Shown: positions 37,017-49,000 of the stretch, in pieces | Layout: each line of letters starts with the position of its first letter | Numbering within the stretch: position 1 is the first letter of the stretch | From: Candidatus Obscuribacteraceae bacterium | Lineage (GTDB): Bacteria; Cyanobacteriota; Vampirovibrionia; Obscuribacterales; Obscuribacteraceae | Direction of reading: 5' to 3' | NCBI GenBank assembly: GCA_044226015.1 | Contig: JBGAHS010000002.1 | Location: forward strand, 787,435-851,434 | Length of the DNA stretch: 64,000 bases | Program-made: the position numbers and the translations under genes | Notes under the pieces: model-generated | The model's database searches: none | Seen by the model: the letters and a program-made list of their open reading frames with translations, nothing else | Told to the model about the DNA's origin: nothing

Positions 37017-37829
37017 ATGAACGAAGCAATAATACTTCTTGCAACGGCAGCTACTCTCGGATTCAGACACGGGTTCGACTGGGACCACATCGCCGCGATA
37101 CTCGACCTTGTGAGCAGCACGACATCAAGCAGAGCCGAGACAAGTGCAGTCAGGTTTCGCGCACTCTGCCTTTCCTTCATGTATGCATTGGGTCACGCAC
37201 TATTGGTTTTGGTCCTTGGTTCATGCGCACTCATTTTTGCCGCAATATTACCAACATGGGTAGACGCATGCATGGAGAGAATCGTTGGCAACACACTTTT
37301 GCTACTGGGAATCTGGGTTTCAGTAGCATTGTTTGAACATCTTAGAGGCAGAAGTGACTTTCAATTGAAAAGTCGTTGGATGCTCATGTTTGAATTAGCA
37401 GAGCGAATGCAAAATAAATTGAGCAGATCGACAGCTGATGATTATCATGCTGATGCTGCGCAAGCAGAGCAAGAGCAAGCTGAGCAAGAGCGAAAGCGAA
37501 CATACGGAGCAGGCTCATCATTTTTCATTGGCATGCTTCATGGTATTGGCGCGGAGACTGGGACACAAGTCTTGCTAATAAGCGCAATCGGAGGCGCAGC
37601 CAGTCGAGGACTCGGAATGGCTATGCTTGTCTCTTTTGTTCTGGGACTTCTCGCATCAAACACACTGGTTGCTATTGCAAGCATCACAGGATTTGCAACA
37701 TCAGCGAAAGCAAAACCAATTTACTTAACCGCAGGATTACTAACCTGCGTGTTCAGCCTGGTAGTTGGAACTTACTTCGTCACCGGACAAGTCGACGCCT
37801 TGCCCGACCTCCAACGCATCATGGGTTGA
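37017..37829 (+). CDS. NiCoT/HoxN-like nickel/cobalt transporter
   Basis: RHGFDWDHIAAI, GHA and HG motifs; multiple transmembrane segments. Confidence 0.8.
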   Translation: MNEAIILLATAATLGFRHGFDWDHIAAILDLVSSTTSSRAETSAVRFRALCLSFMYALGHALLVLVLGSCALIFAAILPTWVDACMERIVGNTLLLLGIWVSVALFEHLRGRSDFQLKSRWMLMFELAERMQNKLSRSTADDYHADAAQAEQEQAEQERKRTYGAGSSFFIGMLHGIGAETGTQVLLISAIGGAASRGLGMAMLVSFVLGLLASNTLVAIASITGFATSAKAKPIYLTAGLLTCVFSLVVGTYFVTGQVDALPDLQRIMG

Positions 37830-38185
37830 TTTGCAGAATGCAGCACGAAACTTAATCAAGCTGCAAAGTGACAGTAGCCTAGAGTTCATGCACATATGCA
37901 AGAGGCGCACTTTCAATCTGGAAAAACAAAAGCAGAAAGCAGCCCTAATCTGTGTGATAATGATGAACGAATATAGTCAGGCTTTCTTACTCAACCTCGA
38001 GTGATTAGCGAAGGTTGATAATTGTAGAGCCCAATCCAAGAAGTTTGCCAATCCACATCAGAACTGTTCCAGCATTTCGTCTGCCGGAATTTTCTCGTCG
38101 TTTTCAATGACTTTCAATGCTCTCATGCCGACTATTACGCTGTTCATACTGAACAGTGTTCTAAATAACACAAAGGCTAAAACAC

Positions 38186-38461
38186 ATGCAAAATAAACTA
38201 TTCGTCCGCAATTTGTCTTTCAACACAGAAGACAGCGATCTCAACAATCTTTTTTCTCGCTTCGGAACTGTGCACTCAGCGAAGGTAGCAACCCATAGAG
38301 ATACAGGCAAAAAACGCGGTTTCGGATTTGTAGAAATGGGCTCAGAGCAATCAGCTAATGATGCAATCAGAGCACTTGAAGGCTCGAGCCTCGATGGCAG
38401 AACCATTTATGTCGCACACTCTGAACAACGCAGCGCCAGAACCACCTCTTCGAACTGGTAG
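38186..38461 (+). CDS. RRM RNA-binding protein (Rbp type)
   Basis: RNP2 LFVRNL and RNP1 RGFGFVEM. Confidence 0.93.
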   Translation: MQNKLFVRNLSFNTEDSDLNNLFSRFGTVHSAKVATHRDTGKKRGFGFVEMGSEQSANDAIRALEGSSLDGRTIYVAHSEQRSARTTSSNW

Positions 38462-38617
38462 TGGACTGCGAGCCAGCCAAATCTGCTGTGCTCGCCTGAA
38501 CTAACACGTTTTCAATCGACCTACAAAAGCACTCGACTTTCGGCACCGGCAATGGTGTCTGCAGGGCGAGTGCTTACGTACTTTTACCCGGTTTTCCAAC
38601 TCACAAACAGAGGCAGC

Positions 38618-39101
38618 ATGCAAAACACTAACAACAAAGGACAGCCGGAAAAGAAGGCAGCAGGGGACCTGACGTACCTATATGACTTTATTTGCCAATG
38701 CCCTAACCCAAAAATCACCGAAGCGATAAAAAAGCTTGTTGACGGCTGGCTAGAGCAGACGAATGAAATTCCCAGCTTCTCCGAAGAACTGAAAAAACAA
38801 CTGCACATGACAGATGATGAAATCATCGAGATATGCTGGCTACTCGCGATAAATCCGAAGACGCCTCCTTCCGTACTGAACGACCTGTGCGCAGGCGCCT
38901 CAGACGGACTAATGGAGAGAATTGCCGAGAATAGCAATACCGGCGCAAGTACGCTAGCTCAACTTTCATATCAGGCAGAACACAAATGTACCAACGGAAG
39001 CGCTGGAGATTCTAGCTGCAGATGACAATCCATATGTAAAAATGCGCGCCGCAATGACATTGATGCGCGCCGAAATACAACGTGACGTCTTTGGCAAATA
39101 G
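38618..39101 (+). pseudogene. Frameshifted LRV/HEAT-like repeat protein
   Basis: The repeat pattern (NPKTP..L..L, NSNT..L.QL) resumes in another frame after about 38978 as NTNVPTEALEILAADDNPYVKMRAAMTL..., ending at TAG 39101. Confidence 0.6.
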
Positions 39102-39128
39102 TCAGCTCATTTCCACGCGAAGAGCTCA

Positions 39129-39836
39129 TCAATCCTCGAACTCAACCCCATCTATTTCGGCTTCCAGGCGCTCGTATTCCGCAGAGCCAATCACCCAGAG
39201 AAAGGTTTGAATGTCGTGAAAGTTTTTCGGCTTTAGATCTGCAATTCCCGCTTTGGTTTGTTCAGCGAGATCCATCAGCAACTCATAGGTTCGGAAATTT
39301 GGTTTGGAAGAATACTCCAGATCAAACCCCAATTCTTCCGACGCGACACGCATCGCGGTGGGCTTCATTATCATGAATTTGTTCGGCTGTGCAATATAAG
39401 GAAAGAAGGTCAGAACGGGCCAGGACAACACGCGCGACTTCTTTCGTGGAAGCTCTGAAACGGCGACAATCCATGCGACAAATCTTTCCCTAAACGGGTC
39501 TTTTCCGTGCAGAAGATTATAGAGCCCTTCAGCGAAGGTTCGCGCACCATCGCCCATATTCAGAGCGTCGCGCAGAGCCATCTTTTCAAACGAAAACAGA
39601 AATGTGCATCGAGACTCAACTTGAAGTGCGCGAGATGCAATCGTTGAATAATCACGTTTTTTCAAAAGTGAAAGGAATTCCTCCTGTCCGAGAAGTTTCT
39701 TCCACAGGAGGTGCGCCTCCCACTTATAGGTGCGCTCCCACTCTATGTAACGCTGGTCATTGAATCCTTTAGGGAAAATCTTCAAAAACCGTTTCTTGTG
39801 CTTAAGCAGCGCTCGTTGATTTATTTTCTTTGACAC
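39129..39836 (-). CDS. Hypothetical protein
   Basis: 235-aa ORF with globular composition; no family recognised. Confidence 0.7.
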   Translation of the reverse strand: MSKKINQRALLKHKKRFLKIFPKGFNDQRYIEWERTYKWEAHLLWKKLLGQEEFLSLLKKRDYSTIASRALQVESRCTFLFSFEKMALRDALNMGDGARTFAEGLYNLLHGKDPFRERFVAWIVAVSELPRKKSRVLSWPVLTFFPYIAQPNKFMIMKPTAMRVASEELGFDLEYSSKPNFRTYELLMDLAEQTKAGIADLKPKNFHDIQTFLWVIGSAEYERLEAEIDGVEFED

Positions 39837-39944
39837 GAATACATCCCAAACTCAGCACCCAATTCTAACACTGATTTGCCCATGACCACCAAAGACGAAG
39901 CAGAGGCGCAAAGCCTCTGCTCACTGTCTCGCAGAATGGTCTCC

Positions 39945-40898
39945 TTAGTTCTGCCAAATCTGAGGTGCGTGATCGTCAACCTTTTGGTAGACACCAGATG
40001 CGGTGACACCTATACCGCCGAATCCTTCACCGACCTGATCAACATAAACGTACTTTCCATCAAATCGCATAATCAATCGATAACCAGAATCGCTGCCGTA
40101 CTCGCAATCATAAACAGCTGTGTTGTTTTTGATTGGAACAACACCAGAGGCTTCTCCTGTGTGGCTGCCGTTCAAAGCCTGGCAGCAGAAGTTAATCTTG
40201 TTGCCGGGCAAACTCACCACGCGAAAATCAGCACCTTCAAATTTTGGTTCGGTGTCTACACGTGAGTAGGAACCGGTCAGCTGCGAAAGATTCAAGTTTT
40301 TCTTTGCCGCGTGCACTGCGACCAGCTTACTCGAATCTTCTCTCTTTGGCCTTGCGAAGCAAATTTGTGGAAGCGCTACACTGCTCACCATTGCCTCTTT
40401 CCCATGCAATCTGCTTCTCACGTCATCGATGTATTCTTTGACTGGCTCTGGCAGTTTGCTCATCGAATCAACACCGTAAATGGACAATTTGTTTTCGGCA
40501 AGAACACAAACACAAACTTTCTTGGTATTCATGTTCAAATCAAAAAAGCTCTCTGAGATAGTGAACAGACCACGCACGCCACCTGCCGCATAAAGGTCAG
40601 CACCTTTCACATCAGGCAATTCTGTAATTTGTGTTGCATCAAAATACTTGTCGAGGTCGGCTCCCATTGTGCTTTTCATCAAAGACTTAACGTCTTCGTC
40701 TTCAAGCACGGTCCACAAGCTCTCCGATTTCTTCAATCGAATCAAACTTGTTTCTTGCGCAAGCACTTGATTCAAACTTGCACTGCTTTGTTTTTCGAAA
40801 TTTTTTCCAGCGGCGTTCGGCGAGAACGACAGCGCCTGAACTGTGACTGCTAGTGCCACCAAACCCGCTGCTGAAAATGCTTTTTTCAAGCTCAACAT
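39945..40898 (-). CDS. Exported hypothetical protein
   Basis: Signal-peptide-like N-terminus (MLSLKK...), GGGAG upstream. Confidence 0.7.
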   Translation of the reverse strand: MLSLKKAFSAAGLVALAVTVQALSFSPNAAGKNFEKQSSASLNQVLAQETSLIRLKKSESLWTVLEDEDVKSLMKSTMGADLDKYFDATQITELPDVKGADLYAAGGVRGLFTISESFFDLNMNTKKVCVCVLAENKLSIYGVDSMSKLPEPVKEYIDDVRSRLHGKEAMVSSVALPQICFARPKREDSSKLVAVHAAKKNLNLSQLTGSYSRVDTEPKFEGADFRVVSLPGNKINFCCQALNGSHTGEASGVVPIKNNTAVYDCEYGSDSGYRLIMRFDGKYVYVDQVGEGFGGIGVTASGVYQKVDDHAPQIWQN

Positions 40899-41038
40899 TG
40901 TCGTACTCCCTTCTAGTTGCATTTGAGTTTCCTCAATTGCAATCCTCTCATAAGGAGCACTCGCTGAAAAGCCCTATTGACGGGGTTTTACGGAGTTATC
41001 ACTTCTGCTTAGCTTTGCTTTTGCACAGCCTTTACAAA

Positions 41039-41749
41039 CTACTTTGTAGCTGCGCTTTTTCCAGATTTTTTGGAATCTGCAGAACCTTTCGCTGCAGCAC
41101 TCTTCGGATCTGCTGGCGGGTTCGGATCACCCTTCTCTAGCTTATCGAGCAGAGCTAGCACTCTGTCATCGTTAGGGTCTAACTCAAGAGCCTTCGCCAG
41201 AGTCAGTTTCGCTTCACTAACATCACCGTTTTCATTTTGGACGCGACCGAGGTTGTACATCGCGTTCTCGTAATCTGGTTTTAACTGAATTGCAATTTTG
41301 TATTCTTGCGCGGCACCCTTAAGGTCGCCTGACTTAGATTTTGCATTGCCGAGCACTACGCGGAAGATGGCGTTATCTTTGTCGATTTTTACCGCCTTAT
41401 TCGCTTCCTCTAATGCCTCATTGTATTTTTTCAAATCGAAATAGTTAACGCTGAGATTTGCGTGAGCAGCACCCATATCAGGTTTGATTTCAATTGCTTG
41501 CTTTAGATACTTTTCGGCTTCTGCGTTCTTGCCATTCTGGCGCAGAGCGAAGCCCAGATCATTCAATGCTTCAGGGTCTTTCGGGTTCTTATCAACCTTA
41601 GCTTGAGCAGCCTTCAAATCAGGCGCCCCCTGTGTGCCCTTTCTCCAGGACCCAGCGCGCCCATCCTTATCTGCGGCAAAACTCACAGTAGATGTTGCAA
41701 GTGCAACACAAGCGCTCAATACGATACTGGGCAATAGCAAAGATCTCAT
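41039..41749 (-). CDS. Exported TPR protein
   Basis: Signal peptide ending SFA; TPRs (ALNDLGFAL, AMYNLGRV). Confidence 0.85.
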   Translation of the reverse strand: MRSLLLPSIVLSACVALATSTVSFAADKDGRAGSWRKGTQGAPDLKAAQAKVDKNPKDPEALNDLGFALRQNGKNAEAEKYLKQAIEIKPDMGAAHANLSVNYFDLKKYNEALEEANKAVKIDKDNAIFRVVLGNAKSKSGDLKGAAQEYKIAIQLKPDYENAMYNLGRVQNENGDVSEAKLTLAKALELDPNDDRVLALLDKLEKGDPNPPADPKSAAAKGSADSKKSGKSAATK

Positions 41750-42007
41750 GATGACCCTCCGAAGTCGTGCTGAAATCATAGCAACCGACCATCTAGCAGA
41801 CCTTAAGGGAGAATCAGACGAGACCGCTTACCAACGGCGACAAGCGCCAGAGCATCGCTATGGCAGCGTTTAGGGCGCTTTACTGCAAGTGAAGATTTTC
41901 CCAGAAGTCCCTCCGTATTGGGACTATAACGTACTGACCGACTCTTCGCACACGCCGGGTATAGCGGAAAGCCAGCGCCCCCAGGCGAGCAGATTTAGCC
42001 GTAGACC

Positions 42008-42205
42008 CTACGGCGTACCTGGTCCACTTGGCGCCCCGAAGAACACCACAATAATCAAAAACAATCCGACAGAAACGCCCAACAATCCGAACAAGGCAGA
42101 CTCAATCATATTCTTAGCGTCAAGCGAACTCTTAGCGATGAATCCACCGCCCAGCACAAAAACGATGCCTACGATAAATTGCAAAATTTTCTCGACGAAT
42201 TCCAC
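42008..42205 (-). CDS. Small two-TM membrane protein
   Basis: GTG at 42205, 10 nt after the amrS stop; two hydrophobic helices. Confidence 0.5.
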   Translation of the reverse strand: MEFVEKILQFIVGIVFVLGGGFIAKSSLDAKNMIESALFGLLGVSVGLFLIIVVFFGAPSGPGTP

Positions 42206-42215
42206 TGAGTCTCGC

Positions 42216-43304
42216 TTAGTCGCCAAAATGCACTGACATTCGTTTCCGCCCCCAGACGCCATCGAGTTTGTCGAAGTGTCCTGGAATGGTCTCCCCACAG
42301 TGCTGGCAACAACTGCCATTCATGTAATACTTCCCTATGTTAAACCAATCGCGCTCGATTACAAGCTTTTTGCACGCGTGACAATACGTACTCTGCGTAT
42401 TTTTGTCATTAATATTGCCGGTATAAACATACCGAATTCCCGCGTCCATTGCTATTTGACGAGCACGCAGCAATGTGGCGGGCGGAGTTGCTGGAGTGTC
42501 CTTCATGCGGAAATCAGGATGGAAGGCAGTGAAATGCACAGGCACATCAGTACCGAGATTTTGCACAATCCAGTCACACATGCGCTTAGTCTCGTCTTCG
42601 GAATCATTTTCGTTGGGAATCATCAAATTTGTGATTTCAAACCAGACAGTGCTTTCGTGTTTAAGCCATTTCAGCGTGTCCAATACTGGCTCAAGCGCAG
42701 CCAGGCTGAGCCGCTGATAGAACTTCTCGGTGAACGCTTTCAAATCAACATTAGCTGCATCAATCACTGAATAGAATTCTGCGCGAGCCTCAGGACTAAT
42801 ATAACCAGCAGTAACCGCGACAGCCTTCACGCCCCTCTCATGGCAGGCTTTGGCAGTGTCGATTGCATATTCGGCCCAAATAACCGGATCATTATATGTA
42901 AAGGCCACGCTCTTGCAATTCAGCCTAACGGCCGCAGCAGCAATTTGTTCAGGGCTAGCAGATTCACTGAGCAACTCGATTTCTCGAGCCTTACTGATAG
43001 ACCAGTTCTGGCAGAACTTGCAACCGAGATTGCAACCAGCAGTTCCAAACGACAAAATGCTGGAACCGGGAAGGAATTGATTCAAAGGCTTCTTCTCAAT
43101 TGGGTCGACACAAAACCCCGTGCTTTTGCCGTACGTGGTCAAAACCATTTTGTCGCCAACATTTGCCCGAACAAAACAAAAGCCCCGATCGCCCTCTTTT
43201 AAAACGCAAGCGCGGGGGCATAATTCACAAAGAATCTTGCCGCCCTCAACAGGCTTCCACCAGCGCCCAGCGTGAGTTTCGCCGTATTGTTCTTTTGTTT
43301 CCAT
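42216..43304 (-). CDS. amrS: AmmeMemoRadiSam system radical SAM enzyme
   Basis: CELCPRAC, DPIEKKPL, GCNLGCKFCQNW, FTYNDP, HFTAFHP, YVYTGN, CxxC pairs. Confidence 0.9.
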   Translation of the reverse strand: METKEQYGETHAGRWWKPVEGGKILCELCPRACVLKEGDRGFCFVRANVGDKMVLTTYGKSTGFCVDPIEKKPLNQFLPGSSILSFGTAGCNLGCKFCQNWSISKAREIELLSESASPEQIAAAAVRLNCKSVAFTYNDPVIWAEYAIDTAKACHERGVKAVAVTAGYISPEARAEFYSVIDAANVDLKAFTEKFYQRLSLAALEPVLDTLKWLKHESTVWFEITNLMIPNENDSEDETKRMCDWIVQNLGTDVPVHFTAFHPDFRMKDTPATPPATLLRARQIAMDAGIRYVYTGNINDKNTQSTYCHACKKLVIERDWFNIGKYYMNGSCCQHCGETIPGHFDKLDGVWGRKRMSVHFGD

Positions 43305-43641
43305 ACAAACCTTTTCCCAATACCATACATAAATATCATAGCTGGAAGCAGAGCCAATCACCACTTCAGGCTTGGAACACTATTGCATAGAATTCCAATT
43401 GGACCATTAAGCAATGTGAGTGAAACATTAACTGGGCCGCATCTTGCTTGAAACCTGATAGTTCTTGCCACACAAAAGCTTCGGGACACGCCGCCTCTTC
43501 CTGAGAAAGACTTATATACGTAATTCCCCCAATGCACTTGGGCCACAATGATTTAGGGACTTGATTTTATCTAGAAATCTGTCCACACCCACCAGTTTTT
43601 GCGTAGATACGCATGGGTGAGAGAGATGGGTGTTGGGTATC

Positions 43642-45948
43642 ATGGCACTGGATCAAGTCAAAGATTCTAAAAAGCCTGAAGAGTCAGCAAGTGAAGCTGC
43701 GGCAAAACTCTTCAAAGATGCAATCGGCAATCTGGGTGAAAAATCTCCAGTTGAAAACAAGACCGACGCAGCCAAACCGGCAGCGCAAAACGCAAAGCAA
43801 GATGCTACTGCGAACGAAAGCTCTATGTTCGACAGCCTTTCAAGCGCGTTTCACAAGACGGCTGACTGGATAACTTCCTCAACGGTTCTGCACTATATCA
43901 ACCCGATCGCCGCGAGCATCGGCGCTGGTATCAGTCTTGGTGGCGAGCTTGTTAAGGTTGCAGAAAACCTTTACCAGTCCGAAGACAAAAAGCTTACAGT
44001 GTCGAAGATCAATAGCCAGGAAGCTACAAAGCTAAAAAATGACTGGGACAAGATGTTCGACAGCGACAAGCCAAGCGTCGCCGCAGGCTCTGCAAAAGGC
44101 AGCATCGAATTCAACGACATTTTCGAAAGCTTGAAAAAGCCAGCCGAAATCAAAGTAGATCGCGTAAGTGATGAAGTAGCTTCCGTTCCTACAAATCAGG
44201 ATGCTACACGCTGGCTCTTCGGTGCAAATGAGAGACTCACCAGTGCTGACTACCTGCATAACTTCAGCAACGAAAAGAAAGAAAAGACAGAAATCAGCAC
44301 AGAAGCTGGACACGTTCATGTTGAAAAATCAGACGCAAATGGCAATGTCAGAACAATTGTAGATAAGACAGACAACAAAACAGTTGTTTTGCGTGACAAT
44401 GAATCGGTCGTCATTGAAAACGGCAAAGAAGTCATCAAAGGTGACGGATACAAAGTTACCTGGGATGAGCAAAACAAGCGCCACGTCACCCTCGACAACG
44501 GCAATGAATTGGTCAGAGATGGCAACAACGTCAAAATGAATCTCGCACAAGACAAGCTCGAGATAACCCCACATGTTTTGAAAAATCAAACAGCAGGCTT
44601 TTCATTTGTTGATACCAAAGACAACCTCGCGGCAAAAACCGAAGAGATCCGCAAAACCCTCGGCGAAGGACAAACCTACTTGCTCGCAATCAAAGGCGTT
44701 GGCACCAGAACAATTTTTCAGGACGGCACAACCTTTGATGTTCAACAACAGAAAGCAAGATTGGAAACAGCCAACCATCAAGTTTTCCATTTCGAAATCA
44801 AAGAAGGACAACTCTACGTTCGCAAGGACGGCGAGCTGCTTCCTATAACCAGCGAAAAATCACCAATCAAAGCAGTAGACGGCAAATTCAAAATCGGTGA
44901 CCTCGTTATTGACCAGCGCGAGTTATGCATCAAAACTGATGGTGACAAGCCAGGACAACACAGAACTCCAGATAGCTGCAAAACAGAAACAAGCTGCAAA
45001 CCAGAACCAGAGCTTGCATGCACAATCGCTAAGCCTGGTGATGCAAACAAAGAAACAGCTCCTGCAGCGGACTCTTGTGCTCCAAAAATATCACCATTCA
45101 ATGTAAACCTACAAACCGGCGAATTCAGCTGGGTCGGAAAAGATGGCAGAGTCTGGCACGGTAACATCAACCCAGATGGCAGCACACAAATAAACGACGG
45201 AAACAAAAAATATGAAAACAACGCTACTGATAGCAAAGTCAAAGTCACAGTTGAACAACCTGCAGCCGTTCCGGCTGCAACTGATGCCAAAGTTCAACCT
45301 GCTCAGCCAGCCAAGCCAGAAGTGACCACAATTGACCTGGCTACTACAACAATCGACACACCAAAGTTAGTGGACACCGTCAAAGATACAACAATCAAAG
45401 ATACTAACACTGTAATTCATAATGACCGTGTAGTTGAATTCAAAGATGGTCCAACCGTAAATCCTGATGGCTCAGTTCGTGTTGACCGCGACACATTCAT
45501 TGCAAAAGACATGCATGTTTACTCCCGTGACTGGGAGTCTAGTGCAGCAGTAAGCAGCGAGCGCAATGCCAATAGCATTTTCGGTTCGAGCAAAGCACCG
45601 CTTACTGAAGCCCAAGCACAAACAGCAGCAATCAACATTGCACAGAAAGCATCAAGCATTCAAAATCTTGCAAAATCAGGTGTTGTTAGATGGACAGAAG
45701 TTGCTTCATTAAACGCAGCTCTGGGCGACGTGCTTTCAATGATGTCCTCTGTGCCAGCAGGAAGCGCAGCACACGCAATGTTAATGCAAAGCTACAGCCT
45801 GATCATCAACGCAATTAACGTGGCTACGCCAAAGGCTCAAGCCGCAGAATCAGCCAATCAGATGGGTAGCGAAAACAAACAGGTCATTAAAGCAATCGAA
45901 AACGGCGCAAGCACAAGCGATTTGAAAAACCTGCATCGCGCTGCATAA
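43642..45948 (+). CDS. Large hypothetical protein
   Basis: About 770 aa, K/D/T-rich beta-like middle and helical C-terminus. Confidence 0.75.
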   Translation: MALDQVKDSKKPEESASEAAAKLFKDAIGNLGEKSPVENKTDAAKPAAQNAKQDATANESSMFDSLSSAFHKTADWITSSTVLHYINPIAASIGAGISLGGELVKVAENLYQSEDKKLTVSKINSQEATKLKNDWDKMFDSDKPSVAAGSAKGSIEFNDIFESLKKPAEIKVDRVSDEVASVPTNQDATRWLFGANERLTSADYLHNFSNEKKEKTEISTEAGHVHVEKSDANGNVRTIVDKTDNKTVVLRDNESVVIENGKEVIKGDGYKVTWDEQNKRHVTLDNGNELVRDGNNVKMNLAQDKLEITPHVLKNQTAGFSFVDTKDNLAAKTEEIRKTLGEGQTYLLAIKGVGTRTIFQDGTTFDVQQQKARLETANHQVFHFEIKEGQLYVRKDGELLPITSEKSPIKAVDGKFKIGDLVIDQRELCIKTDGDKPGQHRTPDSCKTETSCKPEPELACTIAKPGDANKETAPAADSCAPKISPFNVNLQTGEFSWVGKDGRVWHGNINPDGSTQINDGNKKYENNATDSKVKVTVEQPAAVPAATDAKVQPAQPAKPEVTTIDLATTTIDTPKLVDTVKDTTIKDTNTVIHNDRVVEFKDGPTVNPDGSVRVDRDTFIAKDMHVYSRDWESSAAVSSERNANSIFGSSKAPLTEAQAQTAAINIAQKASSIQNLAKSGVVRWTEVASLNAALGDVLSMMSSVPAGSAAHAMLMQSYSLIINAINVATPKAQAAESANQMGSENKQVIKAIENGASTSDLKNLHRAA

Positions 45949-46004
45949 TCAATGCATCACGGTGCCACATAGCAGCACTCAATTCTTGCCACATTAGAGA
46001 GAGA

Positions 46005-49000
46005 TCAACGTTGTGACACGCCCGCCTTTTTCAGGGCTTCTAGTTTCTGCAGTTCAGACTCATCTTTCATTTCTTGTGCACAACTAATTGCAGCGCTGAT
46101 GCTGCCGGTCCACTTATTCAAGCCATTGTTTCCCAGTTTTGCAAACTGTGCGATCGCCTTTTTGTAATAAGCGATTGCTTGCACATTATCTTTTTTAGCG
46201 GCGTAAACATTTCCCATCAGGTGGTCGACGTAACCGATTTTAAGCTCCTTTTGCCATGAATCATGGCTATCAGACTCGACGGCAAATCGTCTGACCTCAT
46301 TCAAACATTGTTTCGCTTCTTCCCACTGCTTGCTGTCAGTGTACGCCACTGCCAACTCAACCTTAACATCATTGTAAAACACCTTCATTCCCAAGCTTTG
46401 TTGCTTGTTCATTGTCAAACATTGCTTCAAAAGAGTAATGCGTTGAGGAAGTTCATTTCCTGCAAGATAAAGCAGTGATTTCCGATATGGACCCAGGCAC
46501 TTTAGGGATTCAGGTGCACTATTTTGAATGATATCAATGCAATAAAGTGCGAGTTCTCGATCTGGCTGTAACAAATAATTAGTCCACACAAAATTGAGGA
46601 TCGCATTTACTGCGCGATCGTCAGCCAGCGGATAATTTCCAATTTCCTTCAAACTTACAAGACACTGCTTGCGCTTATCTGCCTGCTTTGTCTTGCCATA
46701 CACTTCAGCAAGAAGGAGATAAAATCTGAATTGCAGCCATCTCTGTTCAGGTTCTCTAGTTCGCAAGTCTTCAATACTAGCTAAAGAAGCATGCTGGGCT
46801 TCCTCATAGTTCTGAACAGAAATCTGGTACAAGACAAAATTCGAAGACTTTTCTATCCACTCGGATAAATTCGACATTTTGACATTCATCATCAGCGAAG
46901 AGTTGGCATTCAAAAATGTCTTCAACTCCGCATATTGCTTCAACTCAAGCAAAGCAGAACAATACACATATGCTTGTTCGACCAAATATGGCTCAGCTCG
47001 AATGTCGTTTCGATACTCGTCGAAGAACGATTTGGCGACGGCACCTAACATTTTCACATCATTCTGAAGCCTGAAGAGCAGTTCTCTTAATCGAGCGATT
47101 TCGGCTTTACCTTCCAAAATATATGAATTCTGCTTACTTGAAATGGGTTGTTCTTGCATTTCCTTGAGGAGCTCTTCAATTCCCTTCACATGCTCCGAAA
47201 GCAAGTCTGCATTAGTGAACCCCAAAACATTCGTCAAGTCCAATTTTTTCCGGTAAAGAAACAAGCCTATTTCAGGAAATTGCTTTCCATACAATTTAAG
47301 TCCATCTTCCGCGGTATCAAGGGCTTGCATGTATTGCAAGTCTTCAGAGTACATATCAATCACACGCGAAATAGCAGATTGGTAAGCATCCTCGCAATCA
47401 AACTTGCTCTGGCTCTTATCTCCCGAAGAGAATTTGTCGAGAGCCTTCTTTGCCAGGTCGAAAGCCTTCGCAATATATTTTGATTCCGCCGCTTTATCAC
47501 CTCGCTGCAGAGCATTCACTGAAAGCATTGTAAGAGCCATAACCTTGCCTTTCACACTGGGCGCTATCGAGAAAAACTCTTCCTCCAACTTTTGCGCTTC
47601 TGCATATTTCTTTGCGGCAAGGAACTGATTTGCAAGATAACGGTCAGCTTCTTGGAGTTGAGTTTTCATAGCATTTTTCTTGAAGACAGTCCGCGCTCTT
47701 TGAGCATGATTAATCAACCGTTCTGTATAACCATAAACAGCAAACAATCTCGTCAATGCCAGATCAGCCTTTGCTTTCCCAACTTCATTATTCTCGAAAA
47801 ACCTATCGACTGATGCAACACATTCGTTGATACCTCGTTCATCCCGCAAAGCAAAACACGCAGTTAACATTCGGCTGGCTCCCGCTATTTCGTCATCATT
47901 AGCTATGTAAGCGTCCCCCGAAACTTGCGCGACCTTCCAGGACTTGCTGTACTCAAGCTTGGCACTTTTATAATCACCCAGGCCCATGTAACAATCACCT
48001 AGAAGCCTCAGGAATATGACTTGCTGCATCTTCTCTCTGTGAATTTCGGGGAATTTTTTCTCAAATTCTCCGTAGATGACTATCGCCTCACGAAATTGTC
48101 TCAGCTCTACAAGTCGGCTCATGTAGGCATAAAGCGCTGCTGAAGCTCTTGGAAAAAAACTAGTCGCAAACAAAGATTCGACTATCACCTTCGCTTCGTC
48201 CATCCGATCTAATTTACACAACTGTTGTACTCGCAGAGCTTTAACAGCGTCACTTGTAGTAGCATCGAACTGCTTAGCGTAACGCTTTTCCCAGTTATCT
48301 ATATATTCTAAAGCCTGGTCGGCATCCTGATTAGCCTTCGTAGATTTAGTATTTATATCTCCAATCTTTTTAGTCAACTCCTCAATTCGAATTGGCAACC
48401 TGCTATTAACTTTTTGGATTCCACGGTTTGGCAAAACATCCGCCAAATCTGGCGACTTTGATCTAGCTTTCTTAGTGCTCGAAATGTAATAGAAAAAACC
48501 GGCACAGCAAATGAGCAACGCGAGCACAGCTATGCTTCGTTTATGATCTTGGTGAGCGTCGCTAATCGATTTTTTCAGACAATCCTTGCTGACTTTGCAT
48601 TGTTCAAAGTCGTGTTTTAGCTCAGCCAAATTTTGATAACGATCTTGCGCATCACGCTCAAGACATTTCTTGATCAACTTTGCTAAAGACGGCGGAAGTT
48701 TCTTCAAAAAGCCGAGTCTCTTTTGCGTAATCTCAAGGTGTCGAGACATGACTTCCAGGTCAGTGCCACCACTAAATGGTGCAGTGCCTATCAATGCTTC
48801 TGACATAACACAGCCGATAGAATAAATATCGCTGCGCTGGTCGATTGATTTCTCTCCCCGGCATTGCTCTGGGCTCATATACCCAGCGCTACCTAACAGC
48901 AGCCCGGTATTGGTAGATGACTGAGCCTCTGCTTCGATTGATTTGGCAAGTCCAAAATCAATCAAAACAGCATTCAAGACACCGTTCTCGCGCTTTACTA

